DNA of 57,379 bases, counting the filler, from Sphacelaria rigidula (taxonomy: Eukaryota), in NCBI GenBank assembly GCA_964200075.2. It is 7 parts of 7 records of this genome, joined end to end, with 100 filler letters (N's around TTAATTAATTAA, not from the genome) between each part and the next. Parts side by side here need not be neighbours in the genome. Positions count along the whole stretch, not along the records: positions 1 to 8,112 come from CAXNAA020012261.1; positions 8,213 to 16,324 come from CAXNAA020012262.1; 5 more parts are not named here. One strand, written 5' to 3'. The notes beneath the pieces are model-generated. The model had not been told where the DNA came from. It saw nothing but the letters and a program-made list of their open reading frames with translations, and searched no databases. Below are positions 1-11,927 of the stretch, in pieces. Within the stretch, counting starts at the first letter, position 1; each line of letters begins with the position of its first letter. The position numbers and the translations under genes were made by a program.

Positions 1-663
1 CGAGAAAAAAAAAAAAAAATTTTTTGCCCACAACAAAAAAGGCCATGAGACAGGAAAACAAACAGGCTTTCCCTTCCCCCCCCCCCCCCCCCCCACCCCA
101 CCCCACATCATAAGCAAACAGCAGAATTTCCTCGAGGAGCTGAACCATGTTGTTCTCACTTTTCACTAGCTGCATCAAGCCTACTAGCACTACAGGCACG
201 TGCCTGAATCAAAATCTGCCTGAGAAGGAACGATGTGCCTCGAGGCCAACGAAAACCCCCGCGCGCCAGTCCAGACAATCATGCCGTGTCATCCCTTGTC
301 ACATCTTGACGGGCACTGGCGCCAACTGCACTCGAGCTTTCTGTACAGCCGGTATTATCCGCGCAGTATCCTCCGTTGTAGGTCTGCCTTATGACCATGG
401 TTACATTCGCAGCGCATCAGTGACAAAAAATGGGGACAAAAAAAAATGGCCAACCCATTGATTCATCAGCGGGGACGTAGGTACCTGCAGACGTACTCAA
501 GTGCAACGGGGCACAAGACGGCATTCGCTTTGAAAAACGAAACCTTGAGTAGAAGAAGAAGAAGAAGAAGAAGAAGACAAGGACATACGCAACAAACATG
601 TAGAGACATAACAAAAAACGAAACAAAAGGTGAAGAAATGAACTCTGCCGGAGCTCTTCTCAC

Positions 664-811
664 CAAATTCGTCAAGGCGGCCCATAACGGCGCCAGCGGT
701 GCACGGGGTCCCATGAATACCCACTGGAGGGGTGGAAGCACGCCGATAGCTAGCCCCGCGATGCATCCCACGATCGGTGGACTCAGGAATTTCTTGGCAG
801 ATTCCTTCGTC
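664..811 (-). CDS. PILS / auxin efflux carrier (Mem_trans) family transporter, internal exon 3 of 3 seen
   Basis: cag|...|gtgag boundaries on minus strand. Translates (R)TKESAKKFLSPPIVGCIAGLAIGVLPPLQWVFMGPRAPLAPLWAALTNL, matching the PP..G...G..IG..PPL...F....APL pattern of PIN-LIKES transporters as recalled. In phase with the exon at 3867-3942. Confidence 0.8.
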
Positions 812-2524
812 CTGACCGGCCGGCATCATAGAGAAGATCACACGATGAAAACATGGCAACAGCGGTGTGGTTCATAAGGATGGGTGTCGGGTATGGTGTG
901 TCAATTAGAGCCCCAACAGGAGGAAGGAACTCGACAAATCGAACAAATCGTTCAAGTTCAAATGAATAATATTTGACTTGATTTCATTTGATTGATTGTC
1001 GCACATTATTGAGTCGTCTTCTAGGGACACAGTCGTGGTCATTATCCACAAGATGGACGTACCCAAAGGTAATCCGAACGGAATCGCTTGCCAACAAAGA
1101 AGAGAAAAGAGACATAGCCGGAGTGAAATATTTCAAAAGACTAACAACAACAGCGAAAACAATAATGGCAAGCAGAAAAGGTAGAGGAGGGGAGAGGAGA
1201 GGAGCGGAGAAGAACTGGGGGAAAACGAAAGTGGTGAAAAAAACGCTCTCCATTGGAAAATATATGCATATAAAAACCGAGAAATGGCCGGCCTTAGCAT
1301 GACTTCAGGTGGAAATGGCTCTTACACAAAAAGAGCACGTGCATCCATAAACAGAAAACAAAAAGGGCGTGAGCGCAGATTGTGGCTCAGCTATTTCCGA
1401 AGATAGTATTTTTGTGCATGAGCTCCTACCCATGAGCCCTAAGCAAGGTGTAACGCTGAGAAACAGAAAAAGCGAGGAGCGAGAGAGAGAGAGAGAGAGA
1501 GAGATGGGGGGAAGAAAAAAAAAAAAAACAGAGAAGATAAAAAAAAAAGGAAGCGAGGACACCCAAGGACAAAAAAAGACAAGAGAANNNNNNNNNNCAA
1601 AGCAAGGAGAAACGGTGAGAAAAAAAAAAAGAGAGGAGGGAGAGAGAGAAAGAGAAAGAGAGATGGGGGGAAGAAAAAAAAAAAAACAGAGAAGATAAAA
1701 AAAAAAGGAAGCGATGACACCCAAGGACGAAGAAAGACATGTTCAGGAGCACAACCAGAACACCGCCAAAGGAATTTCCTTGACGAAAGCCAACGCGGTG
1801 CGGAAGCGCTGATTCAATCCGCTACCCGACCAAGCGCACGCAGGTACCGGTCGCGATATGGGCCGATCCCTCGACATGCGGACTCATCCCGTGGAAGAGG
1901 ATGGGTTGAAACCGTGACAAGAAAAACGTGTACCCTGATCTCCTCCCTTGTACGACAGAAAGCTGATGATTATATCAGGACGTTTACCGGGCGTCGTAGC
2001 GTAAAAAAGTACGACAGCAGGGTATATTCGTTCACGACATACCCAAAATGGGGAGACCAAAATAGATTGTGCGCAATCTCTTTCCACGGCGTTTTTTTGT
2101 TTTCTTCGACTGGGTATGAGTGCATGTCCTTCTGCGCAAGACCTTTTCCATCTCTAGCCAGGTTGCAGAGGCTGGCCATTTCTTTTTTCCTTGTCTTTTG
2201 TTTAGTCCTGCTCTTGTTTAGTTTTTTTTTTTTGCAGTCTGCTCTTGTTTGTCTTGTTCTACCTTATTTTCTGTTTTTTTCCACTTTTTTTCCCGACCGA
2301 GTGTATCCGCTTTATTTCATCATGGATACGCCTCTCATGTGGATAATGACCACGGCTGGATCATGACTCCCTGGGGAATCACTTGATGTACGACAATCGA
2401 TCGAAATCAATCAGTCAAAAACTAAAGCGCTCATCCGTGCCTGTCCATCGGTTGAACCAGCATCATGCCCACTTCAGAAAAATATTATGCCTGCCCATAA
2501 ATATTAAAAGGGTCGTCGGAAAAA

Positions 2525-2775
2525 TCAATGATTCGTCTGGAAATCAGTTGATTTTAATGTGATTGATTCGTACTGTACGAACCAACCCTTGGGCTTTGTT
2601 TTCAGCGTTGCAACCCAGGTACGCACAGCCCGGGCACGTGGCGCAAAAGTTTCGTGGAGACCTTTTCGACCAGCGGTCAACTTTTTTCTCTTTTTTGAGC
2701 AATAATCAGGTCTGAAAAATAGTGGATTTCGGTGATTCGAACCGGCGATGATTCGTCCGAACCGTAATTTTATTA
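2525..2775. repeat. Dispersed repeat, also at ~8555-8800 and 32685-32748 (opposite strand)
   Basis: atgattcgtctggaaat...ttttcagcgttgcaacccaggtac is the reverse complement of the 8700-8795 segment. Confidence 0.7.
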
Positions 2776-3480
2776 CCGCCACGGCCTGGTGGTCTGAATT
2801 GCAGTAAATTGGTACACCAGCGGTCACCTGGGGAGGAAGGTTGCGGGTACCAACCCCGAAAGATACGATCTTCTTGCCAAGAATGTGAGTAGCGCAAGGG
2901 AATTCGACAACAATCGACGCAGTTAGAGAGTGTTGTTTCAACTAGCCGGTACCAGGGGAAAGAGACGGGTTGATCCCTCTAGACAAAGGACATGTTCCCC
3001 AAGGTGGGTAGGGATCAAAGTATGACGAGGAACCCCAAAAAAATAAATCGGAACACAAAAAGAGCGAAACAAAAATCAAGAACATCATAGTAGCTGTCCA
3101 CTAGTCCGCGCTCAGTCGGGTTAATGAATATTGCGAAGACATCTCCGGCCCCGAACAAAAACGACGCCAGTCTACCGGCAGTACGGTGTCCTTCACTCAA
3201 ATGTGGTAACAGAACACGCCGAGTTGGATCGTGCCTGAGTGGGGTCTCATCGCACTGGCCGAAAGTCAAGTGCAGCGAAGTCAACAGGCTCATGGCGGGT
3301 CGGGGTTTGTGTGCGGCGATCGTGAGTCACGCATACGTGGAAGACCCCGTATTGGACAAGGATCGCACTCAAGTGCTGGGACAGCAAACCGTGCTGTCCA
3401 TGCTTGATGATTGGTTGATTGTCGCACTTTAACTGACCCCCCAGGGGTCCAGCCGGGGTCTCATGATAGACTGTCCATGC

Positions 3481-3592
3481 TTAACCCTTAGACCGCGAGG
3501 TTAGTCTTCTGTTGAATCGGCATTAATTTCAAGTGAAAAAAAGTATGCATGATCCAGAAAGACTACTTGTAATCTCGCGGCCTAAGGGTTAA
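3481..3592. mobile_element. piggyBac-type MITE with TTAA flanks
   Basis: TTAA-CCCTTAGACCGCGAG...CTCGCGGCCTAAGGG-TTAA. Related copies at 10440-10543 and 55672-55775. Confidence 0.8.
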
Positions 3593-3866
3593 AGCATGGA
3601 TATTGCGACAAAAATGATTCCGACATTACCCCCCGCGGTTTTTGTCATTAGTGTTACTGTGTTTCTCCGGCGTCATTGAGACCCGCTTTTGGAAGACGTG
3701 GAAACTCGCCGCCATGAAAAAGAGCATCATCAACAACAAGAACAACAACAACGACGGCGACGATGGCAACGACAACGGCAACGATAACGACAATAACAAT
3801 AACAAGTCCCCATTTTAAGTGCCGTACGGGTGTGATGCCTATTCGGCACTTGACGCAACCTCTCAC

Positions 3867-3942
3867 CTGCCAAGGGCAGCCTTGGCGCGTTCAGCAAGCT
3901 TTGGCGGGCTTACTCTTGCCACCTCCTCGGCACCATCTGTCC
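3867..3942 (-). CDS. PILS-family transporter, internal exon 2 (hydrophilic loop)
   Basis: cag|...|gtgag, 76 nt, phase 1 in and phase 2 out, exactly bridging the flanking exons. Encodes GTDGAEEVARVSPPKLAERAKAALGR. Confidence 0.7.
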
Positions 3943-5505
3943 CTGTGTATGTGTATGTGTGTGGGTGTCACAAGCACATATTTCAAAGTGAAAGTGAACG
4001 AAACACGCGCGAGGGGAAAAACAATTCAACCATAAATACAAGTGGAATTGCAGGGGGAAACCAACCCCGCGAAGTCGTATTTACAGCTTGACTCCCCACC
4101 CATGCCCTTGCGGCAGCGCTGATTAAGCGCCCGTAGCAACAAAGTGCAGGGCGAACAAGTGACGGGGGAGATGTGCATCGATTGATTCTCTGAGGCCATC
4201 GACGGGAAAGAGGAGGGGACGGGGGGGGGGGGGTAGAGAGGGGTGCCAAAAGTACGACAAAACGACAAACGACAAACGACAAACGACAAACGAAACGATA
4301 TAGTGATCTTGATTCCGGCTCTACGGATCGCGTGGGGGGGAAGGTGGTATTCCGGTCGTAGACGGCTTGTGTGTACTTGCGATTTTCTACTTATTCGGGG
4401 CAACATAGCTCAGGTATAGAATAATAATACCTCTGCAAGTGAACTAAATTCGATGAAAACCGTTGGGCGGCGCGTATGCTGATCTAGTACTCGATAACAA
4501 AACTGTAAGCCTGGAAGTACCCGGGGTGAAATGGGTTGATTCCCTCGAGACTGCGGCCTCGTCTGTGAAATGAGTTGATCCCTTTGAGACTGGGGACTCG
4601 TCTCCCTAATGTACCCGGTGTGAAATAGACTGATCCCTCTGGAACTGCGGACTTGCCTCGATAACACGGGGAGCGGGCGGCACCAGCATAGAAAAATTAA
4701 AATCGTTCTGTGCAGTGACCGTCGAGCTCCGCCCAGCATTTTACGAAGCTGCTTGTGTACAACCAACCGGCCAGTCAATCGTGGCCTGTACGCGGACGAC
4801 TACTCCAGGAGTTTACTCAGCGGACGTATATTTTCTCATCTTGTATTCCTCGTCATATTTTCCACCCTTCCCGCCGCTTCTCAGGGCAAGCCCGCAGTTT
4901 CAACGGCTTCAACCGACTCACACACCCCTCAGTATGTCAATGCACTGGATGAAATAGCAGTAGAGACAGAGACAGAGACAGAGAGATGTTGAAGGGGTAC
5001 GTGATAAGAGGCGAATGGAGATACAAACTACGCAACCGCTAGTCCACTGAGCAGATGGGGTCTGGTGCATTCCTTGCTGGTCATTCCAAGCCTTACCCAC
5101 TGCTGCAGATGCTGCGCACCCATGTATGCCGTTTGACATCCCCATGTTATGTCTCAGGATACAGGTGGGTTTGAAGCGGTTACGCGAAGCGAAATCAGGC
5201 TTACAGCGCGTGCGCTTACAGCCTGGTTTACGCTGGACGCACGCTATTCGACTCGCCATTAAGCCGGCGACATTGAGAAATATGGGTAACGTGTACCAGT
5301 GGCGACCCGTGAGAGATTGTTGACAAATCGCCCTTTCACCTTCAGTAAGAATCCTTCTCAGTGAGTCCGAATGTATGCCAAATCAATGCGAGTGATTTGG
5401 CACTCGATATTTCAGTCTACAAACTCTCAGTACGCAGTGTAGCACTACTAGTGCAGTAGTAGTAGTAGTAGTAGTAGTAGAAGTGGTGGTGGTGGTGGTG
5501 GTGGT

Positions 5506-5644
5506 GACACTTTCTACGATACCCCCCCCGAAAACGTGCCTGGTTTGGAGAGGCAAAATGTTCACGCAAATCGACATGGAAAACGCCGAGCACAACGAGC
5601 AGCTGGGAATTCCCACGCTTGGATTCCTTCTCGCCAATGTCGCC
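5506..5644. repeat. Dispersed repeat, also at 40809-40952
   Basis: gacactttctacgataccccc...gccgagcacaacga.cagctgggaattcccacg...gccaatgtcgcc in both places. Confidence 0.78.
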
Positions 5645-6029
5645 CATATGAGGCGCTTCATACAGCCTGAACCCAAAGATCATGCGCTGTATGATCATTT
5701 TTTCGTGACACTTTTCGGCTGTTTTTTTTTTTTTTTTTGGGGGGGGGCGTGCTCATTTGTTGCTTGCCTTAGTCATTTGACCATTGACCACGCATCCCTT
5801 TCGAGACGGGAGGGGCTACCGTAGAAAGTGTCTGATCAGTGGTGGTGGTTGTGGTGGTAATGATAGTCGCGGTAGCACTGCGACAGCAGCGCTACTACCG
5901 GCGCTAGCACCAGTAGGAGGACGAGGAGCAACAAGAGAACTACAAGTAGGAGGAAGACGAGTCGTCGTCGTATTAGTATCAATAGCACTATGACCAAATA
6001 AAGATAAAACTCATCGTGCGCTTTCGTAC

Positions 6030-6124
6030 CTGGTGCCACATCGCCCTGCGGTTCGCGCAAGTGGCCCGTGAGAATACCGTTCGCGACGGTCCAAAACGTC
6101 GGGCTCCAGCCCATCAAGTAGAAG
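6030..6124 (-). CDS. PILS-family transporter, internal exon 1 seen
   Basis: cag|...|gtacg, 95 nt. Encodes FYLMGWSPTFWTVANGILTGHLREPQGDVAP, resembling the helix that ends the N-terminal membrane half. Phase fits the next exon. Confidence 0.72.
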
Positions 6125-6904
6125 CTGCGTAGAATAAGCGCGCAAACGTAGAAACCCGCGCAAATAACACATCGGGGGAAAATGAAGTCACGCCGAAAGA
6201 TCCACACTCGCCCGCTGTCGCGGCTGCGTGTATGTGCTGTACGCATTTCATTTGGCGGGGAAGAAATGGATGGAAACCGCATTAGTTTCCGGGAGGAAAA
6301 ACACGACGCAAGGGCAACCTCACAACTTGTTGTCGTAGGAATGCACCGAACGCATTCACTGGCGTCAGAGAAAATGAGCACATCACGTGCCTATATTTCG
6401 GGAGATTAAGCCCTATACGCACGAGCCGACGCAGTCGTCAGCTGCCATAGCTGCAATTTGTGACTCCCTGAAGTGAGGCAGACAAGGACAGAGGCACCGC
6501 AGTACCCTTTCCATTACATACCAAACCTTGCGAGAAGCCCCGGCCGTCTGTTTCCTCATGAGAACGGATGGAGATAGGTATGCGGTACAAAGTGGGCAGT
6601 AGTTCAGAACACTCGTGAAGATAAAACTCCTCCGCAAATATACAACGGAACAGCAGAACCTCACGCCCACAATCGCGCAAAGAAGTCGTGCAGAATCAAG
6701 CAGATTTGGTTTCTTGCGAGTAGCGAAACATTCCAGTACTGACAGTAGGCCTTCTTCCTCTGCTGGTCACAGGAGCTCAAGCAGTCTGTGCACGCGTAAT
6801 AGATCAAGCCTACCCTAATCGCGGAGGAGTCCGATTCGAACATATATGCCGTCTTCCCTCGCTGGTCACACGAACAGAAGCAGTCTTATTCTTTGTTTTT
6901 CCTC

Positions 6905-7185
6905 ACACTTTGAACCCTTCTCATTCCTCGGGATAAGTCCGTGGTCTCAAGGGATCAACCCATCTCTCCCCCGGTTGATCTCGCGGAATGGGTCAACACT
7001 CCCGCACCGCGTCAACTCACGTTACACAAACCCAGTCGACTACTTTGTTTACTCACGTCCTCACGCTTTCCACGGTGGGAATCATACAGTACGAAGAAAA
7101 AACTCAACGCATCGGGAATCGAACCCCCGTTCTCTCCACCCTAGAGGCTACCGTCGGACCATTACACCACCGGGGCGCGGCGGCC
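6905..7185 (-). mobile_element. tRNA-derived SINE, family B
   Basis: Minus-strand head gccgcgccccggTGGTGTAATGG...GGTTCGATTCC. 3' motif gagatgggttgatcccttgagacc is shared with other copies. Confidence 0.75.
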
Positions 7186-8112
7186 AGTCTAAACAAGCAA
7201 AATAGATTGAGCCCACGCCAATCGCGCAAGATTTCTAGCACGGGCAACAGACTACGCCTGCACCTATCGCGAAACATTTCAGTGTAGGCAACAAGCCTGC
7301 CTTTGTTGCTCACACCACTAGAACCGAAGCGGCCGACACGCAACAGGCACCATGCCTCCCTCCATCCTAAAAGGGGGTACAACTCCCGCACATACAACAC
7401 AATCAACACAGAGCAGGATAACGCACACACTTTTTGGAGAAACCTGCGACATTTCTTTTAATCAACAGGCCCATCAGGGCATGGATTATCATTCGAGTGA
7501 AGCATAAGATAAAAAACCTAGAGAGAGTTCGAAATCGAAAACTCAAGCTAGTTCAAGGGGCCGCCGCTGTTACAAAAACACCGCTGAAGAAAACGGTGTC
7601 ATCATCGGTATCTATCGTCGTCGCCGCCGTTGTCGATGTCGTTTTTGTTGCTGCTACTACTACTACTTCTGCTACTGTTGTTGTTTGCCGTACCCCAAAA
7701 ACGTGATCATCACCATATACGTGATGGTCAATCCGATTCTGCCCGGTTTTCCACTCGAGTTTGCCGCGCTACCCATGTCTTCTATCAACTCCTTAGCTAG
7801 GAAGTAGGGATGCCGAGTCACGGCACGCCACCAAGAGAACGTTCGGAGAATATGATATTTTCAAATGTGCAGATGCCGGTGGAATACTACAAAAGATTTT
7901 CAAGATCTTGCCACGTCAACAGGGCAGACCGAAACAGAAGACAGACCGACAAAATTGCGTTTCTTCTCTTCACACAAATTTCGTTTCTGGAAGGACACGG
8001 TCTCTCCCAGCAGAATGCCGACAAGCGAATAACCGGCAACACTACGAGCTGGGCCAGCCTAAATACGGATTTATGCTCTAAAAGCAATATCTCATCGACA
8101 CAGACGAGTTGG

Positions 8113-8212
8113 NNNNNNNNNNNNNNNNNNNNNNNNNNNNNNNNNNNNNNNNNNNNTTAATTAATTAANNNNNNNNNNNNNNNNNNNNNNNNNNNNNNNN
8201 NNNNNNNNNNNN
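8113..8212. other. Artificial contig spacer
   Basis: N44-TTAATTAATTAA-N44, a linker with stops in all six frames. Confidence 0.98.
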
Positions 8213-9481
8213 CCAGGCGTTCTTGCCCCAATCCGGAATCCGGTCGGTGTCCATCTCCGTTTCCGAGCCGCAAAATGCAGATCTGGCAACGGTCTGATGT
8301 TGACGCCGCATGATGTTGTTCGGGCTGGTGTGTTGGCAAGATGTTCACCCATGTTTGTTGGATCTTTTTGAGCTCCGGCACACAAGCGACCTGACCCGTA
8401 TGTATCGTTGGGTCTTCCGGGTCTTCGGGCCAACAGGGGGGCTCTACACTTTTCTGGTCGTTGAGTTTCGAGAATAGGGAAGGAAAAAAGTGTCGATAAT
8501 AATGGACCTTGAATTTGTTCTCTTCACTCTTATTCCCCCACCTTTCGTGAGATAATTTCACGGTTCGAACGAATCATCCCCGAAACAAATTACCACATCC
8601 ACGATTCTTCAGGCCTGATTGTGCTCAACAAAGGGAAGAAAAAAAGTTACCGGTGGTCAAAAAGGTCTTAACTCAATTTTTGCACAATTCCAGGTGCTGT
8701 ACCTGGGTTGCAACGCTGAAAACGAGGCCTAAGGATTGATTCGCACCGTACGAATCAATCACACTAAAGTCAAGTTATTTCCAGACGAATCATTAATTCG
8801 TCCGACTTGTGGATAATTTTAATAAGCAAACCGTGAGAATTGTCTACGTGGCGGTTTGACTTTCCTTCTTACGGCGGGTGCTCTTCTGTTTGTTTGTTTT
8901 TTCCCCGTGGGCCAGGTGCGTCTGTCGACCACCCCCGCATATGGTATGTATGGCATGTGCGGGTGCCGTCACTGTCCTGACGGTACCTTGGCTGATGCGT
9001 ACAGCTGCGAGTGCCATTCTGTGGGATGAACCGACTCCAAGATGCCCTATCTGGCCGCTCAACCATACGGATATATCTTGCTAAACTTAACATATTCCCA
9101 AAAGAAATCTGCATGATGTTTGCTGTCTGATTTAGCACCCAGACATGCCACAAAAGGGCCCTGCATTCATTCGTAAAAAGTGTCATTCTCCAAATGTCCG
9201 CGGGACTTCCAGTCCAGATTGTATCGGGACGAGAAAATCCTTGGACGCTGGCTCGAAGTTGTTGAAATGTCTTGATTCCTTCCTCCTCCTCCTCCTCCTC
9301 CTCCTCCTCCTCCTCCTCCTCTTTTTTTTGTTTGTCGAATTTTTTCACAAAAAACAAACAATCTTGGGCGCTCAAGGCATCATGCTCATCATTTTTTAGT
9401 ATATTTTTTATATATCGTTCCATTTTTTTAATGTTTTTACCCTTCTCATGTGTTGCCGTGTGCCTTGTGTGTGTTGTAAAG

Positions 9482-9659
9482 GTGACCGGAGCCTACATCT
9501 GCGCGATCGAGGCCCGGGATACGCCTTCCGTTATGGCGTTGTCTCGGCAGAACTGCGCCAACCTCGAAGGCACCTCGCCTGAGTCCGTGGCATTCGGCGC
9601 ATACACTCTGTGCGAGCACGGGCCGGGCTCCACGCCCAAATTGATCATGGTTGGCACAG
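9482..9659 (+). CDS. TKT: Transketolase, internal exon (end of pyrimidine-binding domain)
   Basis: aag|...|gtacg. Encodes VTGAYICAIEARDTPSVMALSRQNCANLEGTSPESVAFGAYTL...KLIMVGTG, with the LSRQN and GAY motifs of transketolase. Confidence 0.93.
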
Positions 9660-9740
9660 GTACGTTTTTGGTACTGAGCACAGGTGCTTAGTTCATGTAC
9701 TATGGGGTACGGTGTACCCCCGTGACACGGTACCGTAGAT

Positions 9741-10300
9741 CCTCAGCTTACCTGCAGCACCGAGTACCCACAAGGTACCCGGAGTATCGACTGCTGAAAG
9801 AGTGGGTTTCGATTATTTCGGTGCATGGGTGCGCTGTTCATTAGTCGGCAAGGGTACTGAAGGGTATGGTACCCGTAGGTAGGTTCCTGGCACGCTAATT
9901 CTCAGCTTACTTGCAGCGCCCAGTGCCCTCGAGGTGCAGGACTTTCTACTGCAGAGAGTGTGATTTGATCACTGTCGACATGGGTGCGTTGTTCGGTAGT
10001 CAGGACAGGGTGCTCAGGGTAGCTACTATATGGTTCCGTGCCCCAGGTACTCGGTATCCTCGATTTTCACTCAATGTGCTTGCAACACTGAGTGCACTCA
10101 AGTGTACCCGGAGTACCGACTGCGGAAACATACGATTCGACCGTGGTCGGAACAGGTGTTTCTGTCGGTAATTATCAACGGTCCTGAGGGTACTACCTCA
10201 GGTTGCCGTGGCCCAGGTGCTAGGAACCTGAATCCTCAGCGTATTTGCAGTACCGGGTGCCCGGAGTAAGGTATCCCGAGTATCGGCTGCTCAAAATACG
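9741..10300. repeat. Degenerate ~165-bp tandem repeat, about 3.5 units, in transketolase intron
   Basis: ctcagcttac.tgcagc.cc.agt.ccc...gt.cccggagta.cgactgc recurs at ~9741, 9901, 10069 and 10234. Confidence 0.7.
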
Positions 10301-10439
10301 GAGCATTACAGCGTAGTTTGAGAGTCAGTCGGAGACTAAGACCGAGTATTGCAGTGCCCAAAGCGTTAAGCCGTGTCGGTGTCCCACACCAGCCATCCTC
10401 AGAACCACCGTTACTTCGAAAGGAGATGAGTTGCAAGTA

Positions 10440-10543
10440 TAACCCTTGGACAGCAAGAGCAGGACATCTCTTGAATCGGCATTGATTTCACTTGAAAAAA
10501 GTATGCACGATCCAGATGGACTCACCCTTGCGATCTGAGGGTT
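10440..10543. mobile_element. Same MITE family, diverged copy
   Basis: Shared core ttgaatcggcatt.atttca..tgaaaaaagtatgca.gatccaga. Ends aaccctt...gagggtt. Confidence 0.72.
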
Positions 10544-10692
10544 CGACACACTTGCTTATTGGTGATACCTGTTTCGATTATTATTTGCTCTCTTTTTTTT
10601 TGTGGAATTATTTCGCACATGCAATACAATAATTTATTTTCATTTCATTTACTCAAGCAGTTGTTGATTTATGTCGTTTGTTTTTTTGGCAG

Positions 10693-10818
10693 GGTCGGAG
10701 GTGCAGATCTGCGTAGACGTTGCAAAGGCCATGGGTGCTGCTGGGGTCCGAGTGCGTGTCGTGTCGATGCCGTGCTGGGAGCTGTTTGAAGCCCGGAGCA
10801 TGGCCTACCAGCTCGAAG
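10693..10818 (+). CDS. TKT: Transketolase, internal exon
   Basis: cag|...|gtgcg. Encodes GSEVQICVDVAKAMGAAGVRVRVVSMPCWELFEARSMAYQLE, with the TGSEV and RVVSMPCWELF motifs. Confidence 0.95.
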
Positions 10819-10844
10819 GTGCGTCAGCTTTACACGGAGCAATA

Positions 10845-11218
10845 GATCCTAGTGGCTCAGTTGGTACCCTCGAAAACTTCTGGCGATTGGGTCGTGGGTT
10901 CGAATCTCGGAGCGATCTGGGATTTTTTCTCACGCAATGCCCAACAGTGGAGAGCGACGATGTCGTGGGCACAGAAAATTCGACCTAATGGTCGACGAGG
11001 AAAAGGGACAGGTGGTCCCCTCTCGCGATTTACAAAATAAAGGCAAGCACCGCGGAAGGAAGGTGGAGAACAAAAACTAAACAAGACGAGAAAAAAAAAA
11101 AAAACTCCCGTGTGTTGGCCTTCCTCCTGTGTGACCCCGGCTGGTGCGCCTATGTACACCGAAAGATGCAGACCGGCGTCCATAATAGATGGGGACGACA
11201 ACACACAAAATACACACG
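10845..11218 (+). mobile_element. tRNA-derived SINE, family A
   Basis: A-box TGGCTCAGTTGG (10853-10864), B-box GGTTCGAATCT (10897-10907), CA-rich tail. Homologous to 11928-12295 and 49565-49775. Confidence 0.8.
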
Positions 11219-11756
11219 CAGTAGATGCTTGGATGCTGGGTGCCGTACATACATGCCTTTTGGTTCTTATTTGTGAATTGCTTTCATTTCACTGGTCGAT
11301 CATGTTTTGTGTTATCCGTTTCAAGTGTAATTTTTCCATGTTATCCTCGTGTGTGTGTGTCCCAATCGTTCCCATGCTGTCTCTCTTTCCATCGTGTTTG
11401 CAGTTGTGTCGTTCTCTTGTGTCATGTTCCAGTGTTCTTTGCCGTGTTCTTGATACTCGCAAATTCGACCATTTTACACTTTCCCGTCCATCCATGATGT
11501 ATATTGTCTTATTTCCCCTTATCTCTCGTATTGTAATGGTCATTCCCCCAAGTGTGTTGTCTGCATTCGTCACGCTGTCGTTGACCTCGAGGACGTCTAT
11601 CTCATGTCCACAGCTGAACTTCTAGGGAACCAATTGATGTGCGACGATCAATTGTTAATAAATCAATCGAGCGACCACGTTCCATGGGTCCACGTATTCA
11701 TCCATTCATGATATTTCCTATCGTTCATCGTTCCCCTCTATGACGTCATTTGCCAG

Positions 11757-11920
11757 TCTTCCCCGAAGGCGCTCCAGTCATGTCGGTGGAGGCCGGGGGC
11801 ATCCAGGGCTGGCAGCGCTGGGCGCATGCTCCCTTCGGAATGACGAGGTTCGGTGCGTCAGCTCCATTCAAGGCGGTCTACGACAAGTTCGGGTACACTG
11901 TCGACAACCTCACCAAGCAG
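11757..11920 (+). CDS. TKT: Transketolase, internal exon
   Basis: cag|...|gtaac. Encodes VFPEGAPVMSVEAGGIQGWQRWAHAPFGMTRFGASAPFKAVYDKFGYTVDNLTKQ, with the SVEAG and FGASAP motifs. Confidence 0.95.
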
Positions 11921-11927
11921 GTAACTA

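Noticed and set aside
1438-1735. ~150-bp tandem duplication
   Set aside because: The two copies abut a 10-N gap (1588-1597) in AG-rich sequence, so it is probably an unmerged overlap.
6420-7300. Upstream PILS exons
   Set aside because: Candidate AG/GT pairs give peptides with no resemblance to the expected membrane helix.
10845-10915. tRNA gene
   Set aside because: Has A and B boxes but no convincing cloverleaf, and continues into a multi-copy body. It is a SINE head. The same applies at ~7110-7185 and ~12225-12295.
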